Origin: Bugula neritina | Lineage: Eukaryota > Animalia > Bryozoa | Direction: 5' to 3' | DNA length: 22,643 nucleotides | Assembly (NCBI GenBank): GCA_964035545.1 | Contig: CAXIUT010000154.1 | Span: forward strand, 1-22,643 | Part shown: piece by piece, positions 11,501 to 22,242 of the stretch | Numbering within the stretch: the first letter of the stretch is position 1 | Layout: each line of letters starts with the position of its first letter | The notes under the pieces: generated by a model | Told to the model about the DNA's origin: nothing | The model's database searches: none | The model's input: only the letters and a program-made list of their open reading frames with translations | Position numbers and translations under genes: made by a program

Positions 11501-14010
11501 AACAAGAATCCTAGATAAACTATTTATCCTTCTTAAAAACAGTGATGTCAATAGAATAGAATAAATCATCAAAAATAGAAATTAACATGGACCCAAACGC
11601 TCAGTAGGAAGAAAAAATTCACATTAAGAAATAGATGTCTTCCTTTCGATGTCGAAATAAACAGTTCCATAAAGATAAATCAAATAAAACCTTCATCTTG
11701 AAGAAAAATACTCAGAAATCATAGAACTTTGGAACACAGTTAAATACTATCTACAATTTGCAGTCAGACTTTAACTCAAAGGAATGCCTATTATCAATAT
11801 GTTGTCTCTAGTTCTCACTAGTTTTCCACTTTCTTACCTCAAATATACCAATGTTGGCAGTGTCTCTCATAATTCCAATCTAGAGAGTCTTGAAGAATAA
11901 ATAAGTAACGTCACTGGTCTTAAAAAGTAGGTTTTTGAAATATTTTAAATATTATGGAGTCGATAAAGTAGACAAATAGTCGACTTTTTAGTCTAAAAAA
12001 GTGATCCTAGGATTTTGATTCATAGTCAATTGGATCCAAGTAAAGTTCTATAAGCATTTTCCAAGAGTTCCAAGATGAGATAAGTGGGTAAATATCTAAA
12101 ATTTTAAAAGATAAACCTCCCTAAAAATATGCTACATTATAACTTAGAAATTCTCATCAAATAAAATCAACTAATGTTTTTCCTTTATCTCTATCTACTA
12201 TATAGCAATTTAAGATTACTGAGACATAAAAGAATAGGATATTTTCTTGAAAGTTTACTATAAATTTTACAACTACTAAGAAGCAGTCCTCACATCCAAA
12301 CCAAATTATGGATATTATAGTTAATGGAACTGATCGGTCAGAGAATCATCATCACAAAAGAACTTAATACTGAAAATGCTGCTAAAATAAGACATTAATT
12401 GCAGCATATAACTAAAGATACACTTTAAGATATTTTGTCTATTATTGTAAGATCTAAGAGCTTTACACACAAAACATAACATAAAACAGGATTATTTAAT
12501 ATCTTCAATAAATAATAAAAATAAATCTTCTCTTATGATTTTGTTAAAATATTTCCTCCCACCATCTTCTAAAACTTTTAAAAATACAGATAAAGTTCCA
12601 AAAAATCATTTTAAGTCAAAAATCAAATGAAATCAAAATAATTCAACAACGTCAGTAAACTTGATCTCGAACATCCAAAAGAAAGATTGACTTCATATCT
12701 CTACGATCTCTAAAATATATTCTTCATTCAGTAAAACAAGATAGACCACTTCCTCTTCAACTCATTTGTCAATATTCAAGATGATCTATACCCTGACTAT
12801 CTAGCTCTATGCGGGCTAAAAACTCTTATAAGAATAGGTAACTCACTTCTCATCAATATTTACTAAAAAGATCTCAATAAAGTCATCCTCCTGGTATTAA
12901 TTATACTATTCAGATAAGATAAAATCTTTCAAGTATGCTTCCTCTTTGCTAAAACAGATAAAATTAAAACCAGTATTTCAACGAATTGATAGCATAATAT
13001 CTACATATCGTCCTTGCAAACTAACATCTGAGACCTGAAATCATTCGCAACATGAAAAGAAATATCCTCGATATCTATATGAACAATGTATCAATCAATT
13101 TATAAAGAATTTTTTCAAATGCACGCCTAAAACTCTAGCTCATTGGAAAGCTATCATCGATTACTGTATTGGATAAAGTAATGAGTTACTTGGAGATTTG
13201 CTGCCTAAATAAGGATTATTTGAAGGAATATTTACTAAAAAAGCTTAAGCTACTAGACAAAAAATAAAAAGTCTTAAAAGAGTGTGTTTTGTTATTTATG
13301 CTGGAAGAGTTGATCGATACTAAAATAAACTTAGAATAGTTTTATAATCTTTAAACTAAGTTATGAAGCAAGATGATGCCTCACCAGCCTTACTGATTCT
13401 AATTCTCTTCTGCATCAGAATCCTTCTAATGAGATTATCAGCTATCAGTCTAAACAAACTATTTAAATCTGTATGGCCAAGTCTTATTACTCTTTTAATT
13501 CAAGTTTTTAAAAGATAAAAAAGTCAACAAAACATCAATCTACAACTAGCAGCTCTTAAAGTGGTCTAACTAATTCACTCAATGGAACTATAATAGTTTA
13601 TGCTGCACAAGTGGATGTTCATCTTTGATTGTAATAATAAATTTTATTTAGATTTCGGTCTCAGAATAGATCCTATGGGATAGATCTAAGACAACATGAA
13701 AACTTGTCACATGCACAGTCCTTTTCTCTTCAAACCATTCATGACAAACACTCTACCAAATAACCGTCTCAAATGCAAATTTCTTCCAGACAAAGCCTAG
13801 AATAATAGATCTTCAATAGTAAAAAGAAGACTCATAGTTAAAAAAACCTACATTTAAAGTGAAGATTAACTCAAAGAGTGTGCACTACTTCTGATGCAGT
13901 ACATGATGGATTTGAATGAATGTAGAACATAAATATCGAAAGGAGATATTGAAGAACTTATTGAAGATTAATTTATATCGCTAGATTAGTATATCTTCAA
14001 AGTCAAATGA
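8570..14010 (+). CDS. DOP1: Dopey/DOP1 family Golgi-endosome trafficking protein, 5'-truncated, with one frame break
   Basis: The frame is open from the telomere junction: KDFEKNREWADFSNWL...LCKRLAQCLNPSLPAGVHSTALKVY (Dopey N-terminal signature). C-terminal FFKC..LAHWKAII, LKRVCFVIYAG, FCIRILLMRLS, VWPSL, LAALKVVEL, HKWMFIFD. Introns 12894-12913 (20), 13088-13107 (20), 13631-13651 (21); stop TGA14008-14010. A +1 shift is needed near the A8 run at 11174-11181. No ATG precedes the conserved N-terminus. Confidence 0.92.
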
Positions 14011-14032
14011 TTTATCAAAAATAAATTATTTA

Positions 14033-14119
14033 GGGGTTGGGGTTGGGGTTGGGGTTGGGGTTGGGGTTGGGGTTGGGGTTGGGGTTGGGGTTGGGGTTGG
14101 GGTTGGGGTTGGGGTTGGG
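14033..14119 (+). repeat. Interstitial telomeric tract (GGGGTT)n, 87 nt; right end of segment B
   Basis: Perfect G4T2 repeats 22 nt after the DOP1 stop, ending ...GGGGTTGGG and abutting AT-rich DNA with no C4A2 tract. Confidence 0.97.
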
Positions 14120-14193
14120 TATTTGAAATACGTCAATAAACTTAGATGATAACTATCATATTCAATTATAATACTACTATATGCAATAGTCAA

Positions 14194-17010
14194 TCAAACT
14201 TTTCTAACTGGATCCAAGATACTCTTCCTCATCTCATCCAAAGAAATCTCTCTTTGCTCAACTTTAGAACGCAAACTCTCGATCTCGACTCCCATCAAAA
14301 CCGTCATCAACTGGAACTCCTGTTCCTTCTTGTCGAAATTCATGCTGGTAGAATACTTCAAACGCATAGCCTTGTTATCCTCTTCAAGTCCCTTATTCAT
14401 TTGATTCAATCGATCGATCTCACCACCCAATATATGAATTCTTCTTGCATAATCTTGATACTCATCAATTCTCTGATTCAAAATAACCGTCTCTTTTTAT
14501 GATTGCTCAACTGCCTCAAGCAATCTATTGAACTCTTTCATTAACTGAGCACATCTAAATAGAATAATTTGTACTGAGATTCAATTTGTGTTATTTTAGC
14601 TATCAACATCTAGATTTAGTTATCTTTTGATTTTACCTTAGTCAAAACCTTTGAATAGTTGTCTTGTAATTCATTAAATTATCTTGATTTTCTTCCCTCA
14701 TCTCTCTTTATCTAGTTGTTAAGTCGATCCAACTCTCCAACTACATTATTCAACTTAGATTTCAGATCTTGGTTGATTTGTTTCTATCTGCTTAGGTTAG
14801 AATCAAGTTCTTTATTTTTCTTTTCAGTCATCTAGTAGTCATTTAGATGAGCCATACTTTGTTTCTAAATAAAATACTTAAATACATGGAGATTTTCACA
14901 TAAATTTTGTAATTATGGAAGCTTCCTCAATTCATTTTGATAATTATTTACCTTGTTCTTCAACTCATCAGATTATTGAGTCTTCTGACGAGCTATACTA
15001 TTTATCTTCTCTTTCTATTGACTTTGATTATACAAATTATTTTCAAGATCCTTAGCTTTAGTCTCAGCTTGTCTCACACGGTTCAATGCCTCATCAAGAT
15101 CTCTCTTACATCCATCAAGATTTTTTTTCAACTGATTGGCATTTTGTTCTTGCTCCTGCATTTTCAACTAATAATTTTTGAACTGATTCAATTGAGAGTG
15201 TAATCCTAATTGTTGTTGTTCTAAATCAGAAATATCTTGATTTTTATTTTTAATCAAATCGTTTAGTCTATCTATTTCTTGAGTCATCAAAGCTATTTTA
15301 TTTTCATTATCTTTCAAAGCTATTTCAACATTTCTAAACTCATTAAGACTATCTTCAAATTTACTCAACCTAATACGGTTATCATTAATTTCCTGCTCTT
15401 TTCCTCTTATAATTTGATTCAATCTATCCATCTCTTTAGCCAACATATCATTCTTATTCTATGAATCTCGGCAACGTCCTTCTAATCTTCTTAATACATC
15501 ATTTTCATTTTGTAATTGGTTGATAGTAAAACTTAGTTCTTAGATATTTTTTATTTGATTGTTGAATTTATCTTCAAACATCTTTTTATCCTTCTCAAGA
15601 AAACCCATACGAGATACAGCATTCTCAAGTTCAGCATTCTTACGCTTACCAGCCTCTATTTCTTCAAGTCTTGACTTCAAAATGCCATTAATACGATCAT
15701 TTTCTGTCTTTATCATACTAATTTTGTTTTAATATTGAGCCAAATCGTTCTAAAGACGTTTCAGTTGAGTCAATTCAGCCTCTTTTGCTGAAAACCTCTG
15801 CTTCCAAGTTTATATTTAGTCCATTTTAGTATGAAGAAGATTATTCAATCTATCAAGTTCCTTTAAGGCAATATCCAACTTGTCACTAAGTTAGTTATTA
15901 TAGAGCAACATTTATTTACCTCGAACAGCTTCTTAATCTAGCCTTGAACAACGAGCTCTCCATTCTTAAATCTATCTTGATTTGTCATCCAACTGAACTC
16001 TTAAATTATTATTATCATTAGCCCAATCCGACTGCTCTTTGAGTTTAATATTCAATTAATACTATCTTTTCTTATAATTTTGAATTTAATCTTCCTTCTG
16101 CCTAAGAACTTCAGATAACCTCGCTAATTCATTTGATATAAGTGCTAATTTGTTCTCATACTCATTGATCAGATGCTAATTATTTCTCAACTCCATAATT
16201 TCTATCTAATAACGCTGGCATTTTTGTTTATAGTTATCAAGGTCTCCATCTCTATTCGAAAGCATCTCTCTCAATTTTCTTATCTATCCCTATAAACTAC
16301 CCCTCTCATTTTGATGACGAATACTCATCTCACGAATTTATCGATCTATCATTGACTTACGTTGACTCTCTAATAAATTTCTTAGCTATTCAAGTTATTT
16401 AGCCTTACTTCTTTCAGATGCTTGATACCGGGTCTTCCATTTTTATATCTATTGAAGCAATTATTGGTTCTTCTATCTCTCAGATTCATATTTCTGCTTC
16501 AAAGAAAAGTCTATCTCATTAAGTTGAGTTTTTAGATTTTAGTTTTAGTGATACAATGATTAACATATTTTATTCAATTTTTAATATTACTCTCTACATC
16601 AGGCAACAATTACTTAAACTCTTCAATATGGTTTTCATAAGTAAAAACTTTTTCAGTCAATTATTTGATTTGCACTTAATGATTTTTGGCATTAAATAGC
16701 TGTCTCTATGCTTCTTTAAGTTTAATTCTCAGTAGTTAGATCTCACTTGATAACCTATCAATTTCTATCGTCTGAAACACAACTATAAAACTGATATTAT
16801 CTCCTCCAAGATTTGTTTTCTTGTAATTAGGCAAATTTTGAATTCGTGATCTATATTGAAATAGCAATACTTGCGAAGATCATCTCCATAAGATACAGAG
16901 TCATTCACTAAAGCAGTAGAAATGTATGAACGAGTAGTTGATGGTCCAGCAGGAAAAACAGTAGAACGACGAACCGTGCTCTCTCTCAGATCAAATCTAT
17001 CTCCAAACAT
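14194..17010 (-). CDS. Cortical coiled-coil repeat protein, EpiC/EPC1 (epiplasm)-like, about 911 aa
   Basis: ATG17010 to TGA14196-14194; introns 16851-16870 (20), 16594-16613 (20), 14865-14885 (21, in-frame so less certain), 14555-14574 (20). Repeated motif ENKIALMTQEIDRLN / YENKLALISNELARL / YENKISMIKTENDRIN / SENKNDMLAKEMDRLN. The family assignment rests on recall of the ciliate epiplasm C repeat and is unverified. Confidence 0.8.
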
Positions 17011-17372
17011 TTAAATGATTATCATATCTGATTTCATTGTTCATAGTTATACTAGTCAGTTAAAATAGTAAAAAAGGACTTTTATCAAAAAAACTGAGAA
17101 CTGAAGGATTTGATCGTGCTTAAACCAAAAATAAACTTAAAATTTTAAAAACTGTGGTTTACAGACATTTATATAAAAGAGCTTAGGTGAAGATAATCTT
17201 TAACTAACCTTTTAAAATAAATTTTTAATATGATAAGATAAAATAATATTTATAGCTTAATTATAGAATAGTTTATTTTGGTTCAATTAAATATCTACTA
17301 AATTAAATTTGATAAAATAAACAAAGAATATAAGATAATGAAGTAGAAAAATAAATCACTCTTTTTTATTCT

Positions 17373-18206
17373 TCAGAAAAATTGACATAAGTTGTCATAA
17401 CTGTCTTTAGACATCAAAGGCCCCTCTTCTGTTGTTTTTAATATAACCGATACATTATTAATTTCATCTTCAAAATATTTGAGTTTTCTCTTTGGCTGAG
17501 TCTGCAACTCAAAGGGAAGTTTCTTTGAATTGATTACTCGACAGGCATTGAAGCATTTGCCCTATGATTTGCCCCGAACATTTACTTGTTTCCTGGTAAT
17601 GGTGTCAGTTGCATTTTTTTGTTCAGAGCTGTCTTTTTGAATTTAAAAACTTGACTAGTTAGAAGCAGTAGTAGTCTCCTTTCCTTTAGAACTATTAGAA
17701 GAATTTCTTAACTTTCTAATTATGAACTTTTCATTGTTTGAACGAATGTCACTCTAGCTACGTTTAGAACGTTCCATCTAGAGACCAAGTCAAGTCCATC
17801 AGATTCTCTTTAAAATTAGTCTGCAGCTTGGGTAGTGAGGGCAATCTCTCTCTATGATGCTAGATCTCATAGCACTTTCAAAAATTTTAAGTTGAAAACA
17901 GGATGGTTCAGTCATTTTAAATTTTTGCATCGAGGAGTAGTAACAAGATTAGGAAATTAGACCTCAATAGAGCATCTATCACTGACTCTTGAGTAAGAAG
18001 AGCTAATTTGTTAAGTGATCCTTTGAAATGTTAGTCTTTTGAAGCATTGGTAAGTAAATATTATATGAACTAATAATCGAATTTCTATTAAAACAACCGG
18101 CAGTTATATTTTCTATCATTCTATTTTGCTGCCTTTATAAATATAACAACCCTCTCTGGTCTCTGTTCTCTCCATTGTCTATCTTCAAATGAACTAATTG
18201 ATCCAT
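17373..18206 (-). CDS. Probable hypothetical protein; 5' half broken by frame disruptions (sequence error or pseudogene)
   Basis: A clean frame runs from ATG17777 (MERSKRSESDIRSNNEKF) to TGA17375-17373 (..GPLMSKDSYDNLCQFF). Upstream, from ATG18206, coding-like segments switch frames and every single frame meets TGA. Confidence 0.4.
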
Positions 18207-18229
18207 TCAAATTTTAAAAATATTTAAAA

Positions 18230-18603
18230 TCAGAAACAGCAAGTACAATCAATTGGACAAAATTTAGTATTACCACCTTTGCCAATATTAAGCTGATCTT
18301 ATGTATATACCTTAACTCCTCCTTAAACTTTGTTTGCCTCAGGTATTATAACTCTGACCTGCCTTTTCAATTTTTATTACAACATCCATTGCTTTTTCAA
18401 TTTTTATTCTGCTTTTCTCTTTTTTATTTATTACTTGCTATTTTTCTATTACTTTTTTATCTCTTTCTTATGTTTGGCCTGCTTGAATATATCATCAATC
18501 AGATGTTTATCTTTGATTATTTTTTTATCATTACTCTATCTATTGACTATTTTTCTTTTTTAGCTGTCTTTGGCTTTTATTTGGTTTTTGGAGTTTACTT
18601 CAT
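18230..18603 (-). CDS. DUF1764-family small Lys-rich protein with Cys-rich C-terminus (one frame break)
   Basis: HLIDDIFKQAK...GGVKVYTEDQLNIGKGGNTKFCPIDCTCCF-TGA(18232-18230) matches the family signature as recalled (IDDIF...IYTEEELxIGxGGxTxxCPFDCxCCF). ATG18603 (MKETPKTKEKPK) needs one extra base in an A-run at about 18520-18560 to join this frame. Confidence 0.75.
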
Positions 18604-18763
18604 TTTTGATTGTTGAATTATTGTAGATAAATTATAAAAGATAAAACTATCCATTATTAATCAAAAAAAAGAATAAAGAATAATATATTTATCAATACTA
18701 GTCATTTGAATAATCAAACAAATAAACGCTGCATATATTTTTAATAAACTTATAAAATAAATA

Positions 18764-19678
18764 ATGACAACTGAATTAGTCTAACAATAAGGCAAAATAC
18801 TCAATTGGAATTTAACCACTTCCAATAGTCCAGTTTAAGTAGCCTTTTATGGTCTTAACAGTGGCTGCTATTTGGCTCATAAAACCACCTTAGGATACTA
18901 CAGCAATCAATCTCTCCTTTTAAACACATCTTTCAAAATGGTATTCAATCCTATTGACACATTGTACTTCTAAAATGATATAGATTTTATGTAAAATACT
19001 CATTTAAAAATAAAAAAATGTAGTAGAACCAGTTGGTTCAGTAGAAATAGATCTTAGTCTACTTAAATAAAGATCACCTCTTTTTATTGCATTTCAAGAT
19101 CATGATAAAGTCCTTTAAGTTAAAATATATCAAATAAAAGTTAATCTGAACCAAATGCGCTTCAAGGATAAGAACTTCAAGCTCAAAGATAACAATTTTT
19201 ACAACAAAGATTTGATTTCTTATAAAAAATCAATCAAAATGAAGCATAATTAAAAAAAAGTTTTCATAAAGAGTTTATACTTTTCTCAAATAGTTAAAAA
19301 ATAAAATACTATCTAAAATCTAGATAAAATCTTAAAATAGCCTCATAAAATATAAATAAAAATGAAATAGATTTTGAAACAAGACTACAAGGATAAAAAA
19401 GAAAATTCGATCTCAAAAGAAATAATCTACATCAAGAACAACCACAATAACTAAGAACATCGCCAGTTAAACAAAAACTTAGCAATAATTATTGATACAT
19501 TCAGTCAATACCTCTGAATCACCAAATAAACTATAAACTATGGGAAAACAAAAAATCAAGAACAAAATAGAACACCTTAGAAGAATGGACATTAAAAATG
19601 GTACAAATTGAAAAAAGGCTAGATAAGCAGTCGCCTTTGGAGGACTTCTTAATACTCCTTAAAAATATAGTTGAATGA
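18764..19678 (+). CDS. Hypothetical protein with a possible C2-like N-terminal domain; frame breaks
   Basis: ATG18764 (MTTELVEQEGKILNWNL); +1 shift at the A7 run near 19012-19018 gives HLKIKNVVEPVGSVEIDLSLLKE; a second shift near 19497 leads to ...EDFLILLKNIVE-TGA19676-19678. The 3' end is inferred. Confidence 0.5.
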
Positions 19679-19696
19679 TTTATTAAAGAAGATATA

Positions 19697-20905
19697 TCAA
19701 ATCAATAACTATTCAGATGGCAACTTCAAAGGACTTAACTATGAATTTTAAGATCTCTTTGTCCTGATATTTTTTGGACTATTTATTCCAAAACGAATAT
19801 TACTTCTTAATCCCTTCCTTAATGTTTTTTATGTCTACAAAAGGTTTTGTATTCTTTGCTTTTTCTCAACTTCCATACCCTCAACAAGTCTATTTTGCTA
19901 TTACGTATATTTTTTTATACTCTACTCTAGGCATCTTCAATAATCTTCTGAAGAACATTGATGATTTAACCTCTTCTATTAAGTTCTTCTCTTATACTTA
20001 TTTCTTATTCTACAATATTTTTAATATACTCTTTTATTTAGTTCAACTCTGTCGCATAATTTTCTGATTATAATTTAGTTTATTTCATTTATTTCTTTAG
20101 TAATTAACATTATAAATACAATTCTTCATTACTTCTGTTTTTTGAACCAATTATGATTATTTTTATTCCACTTGAATCTTCAAATTGTTTATCACCTCTT
20201 CAAGGTTGATAAATTCACGTTTTAATAACTAGTTTTGATCCTAAAGAGAGTCATCTATAGCTCTTTCTGATGAATAGTCAATATTGTTTCTTAATGAAAT
20301 TCTCTTATCTTAGAACTTCTTTCAGTGCTCTGAACTCGTGATTTTATCTTAAACTTTCATTTATTCCACTCAGCTTAGTTATTTAATGTTCAAATTGAAC
20401 AATCTTTGTTCTAGTTAGTACTTCTTTTTATTAGTTTCTACTAATTTTTAAAATAATTAACTTTCTTTTTTCTTAGCTTGAACAATAAGATTCTTTTCTT
20501 CTGATTTTTTACCCTATTTCTCTAAAACTATATCAGTTATAATCTAAAAAAAAACTCTTTCAAGATAGCTGAGTCACTGCATTATAGTTAAATCGATGAT
20601 AGTTTTAGATGTTGGTTAAAGAGTAATAATAGATTTTTAGCTTTTTCCCACATAGAAGATTTATTTTATGCGATTTGATTTAATCTTACAACCCTTTTTA
20701 TCTTTTGCAATGAATTTGTTTTTTATTGAATGATTTTATTGTTATGCTAATATTAGTAAAACTCTGATTAAAGGAAAAAACTTCTAACTGTTGTTATCAG
20801 CTTCTTAACCTTGTCCCTAAATCAACGAACTATTACCTAAGAATGAATAGACAACTATCCCTTATCATTATTAGATTTCTTTTTCAAGCTGCTCGAACTT
20901 TCCAT
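19697..20905 (-). CDS. Hypothetical coiled-coil protein with several homopolymer frame breaks
   Basis: ATG20905 (MESSSSLKKKSNNDKGE; alternative ATG20935), 20-nt intron 20817-20836. Protein-like blocks (SSMWEKAKNLLLLFNQHLK; FEHEITKLSGINESLRE; ELLKREFINLEEVINNLK; ELNEIKEYIKNIVEEE; SPLKLPSEELLI-TGA19699-19697) join only through about six small indels at A/T runs. Confidence 0.55.
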
Positions 20906-20990
20906 TATTACTATCAATAATATAAATTTATCCATCGATTCAATCTCAATAAAATTCCAATATCATTTAAATCCATTTATTATATCAATT

Positions 20991-21939
20991 ATGATACGAC
21001 TACTCACAAGCAGTATAGCTTTATTCACCAAAATAACACCAACAATCATGCCCAACCTCATAAACAACTACAAACAAACAAATCACTACCATCCTTGGAG
21101 ATTACTACCACTCAGATAACATAGAACCACTCTTCGATCTAATCATTCGGCTAAATGCCCTTCATCGACACCACGCAGCCCTCGATCACTTGTTCGAATT
21201 GTGTTCGACTTAATCTGATAGATAAATCAATATAATCGTCAACATTCTCAACCAAAAGCCATCAACTATTCACGATTAGGCAATATTCCCAGAAGCCATC
21301 TCGCATTTCTAACAAGCTATTTCTACTATACTACTCATGGAAGATCCCAATGAACTCACTCTCTCACAGATACATAAATTTGTTGCAGATATGTACATAC
21401 AAATAGATTAACTAAAAAAAGCATAAAAGTCTCTACTAGAAGCCAAAAATATCATAATCAACTCAAAATGCCAGCAGTTAAAAATAGACTTACTTCGATC
21501 AGGATTAGCTTGCATTTATACTCAACTATGCATGATAGGATATCGAGATAGAAGACCAATGGAAGCTTTGGATTAACTAAAGAAAGCTCTTTAACACTGG
21601 AATAAGTACCAAAAAAGATAGTATATGAATATGAGTTGACATGCAGAATGAATGTATGTTACATCTGGCTCTTCAAATAAAACAACGACGCTATCATGAC
21701 AGCTAAGGATTTCCTTAACTTTTTGTTTTAAAGCGAATAGTACAAAAAAGCCAGATCGATAAAAACATTTATTCCAACAAAATTATATTTCATGAACATT
21801 GTTTGTTCTTTATAAGAGAAAAGTTAATACGAATATAAGTTAAAAAGATATTATAAGAATTTAAAAAATAAGAGGAGATGATAAAGGTAACTAGCTGATG
21901 GCTATGCTAGGTATCGATCCAGATAGATATTTCAAATGA
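20991..21939 (+). CDS. TPR-like helical repeat protein; frame breaks
   Basis: ATG20991 (MIRLLTSSIALFTK). Blocks ILNQKAINYSRLGNIPEAISHFEQAISTI (needs compensating indels), HKFVADMYIQIDELKKAEKSLLEAKNI and LACIYTQLCMIGYRDRRPMEALDELKKALEHW are TPR-like. Probable end ..LGIDPDRYFK-TGA21937-21939. Confidence 0.55.
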
Positions 21940-22080
21940 ATTGTATATATCGTATTATATTCTATTGGTTTAACTGAATTAAGTTATTATTTATAGAATC
22001 GAGAAGATTTTTATCATTATATTAATGTAAAAAGAGTCAAAAACCTTCAAACTGTTTTAAAAATCTCACTTCTTCATTAA

Positions 22081-22140
22081 TATTTCAAATGAGGAATGTC
22101 AAATTATACATATTTCAAATGAGGAATGTCAAAATTATAC
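22081..22140. repeat. Tandem direct duplication of about 30 bp
   Basis: TATTTCAAATGAGGAATGTCAAATTATACA followed by TATTTCAAATGAGGAATGTCAAAATTATAC (one extra A in the second copy). Confidence 0.9.
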
Positions 22141-22242
22141 GTATAAGATTCCTAAGCTTCATATTAAACAGAAAACTTCCCTTTACCTCTCCATTGAATA
22201 AAATAAATATTGACTTGATATTAATAATAATATTAATAAGAA

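Noticed and set aside
17019-17312. Plus-strand open frame KGLLSKKLRTEGFDRAE...
   Set aside because: No ATG in frame; with TGA as the only stop, open frames of this length arise by chance.
18515-18560. Euplotes-style programmed frameshift at AAA-TAA/TAG in the DUF1764 gene
   Set aside because: TAA/TAG are sense codons here and AAA-TAR occurs in frame many times without a shift; a homopolymer indel is simpler.
17790-20950. Context-dependent UGA=Trp (no dedicated stop codon), from tempting readings such as SQ*EMLY*GL, RI*WT*LG, QYL*IT, MQ*LSY, ELS*VEE, SEH*KKF, FY*D*IDG
   Set aside because: All cases lie in the indel-rich zone. In most, another frame or a 20-nt intron (20817-20836) gives better protein without TGA, and no in-frame TGA is needed in the cleanly traced genes, where Trp is TGG. 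It would be revived only if polished sequence showed TGA at conserved Trp positions.
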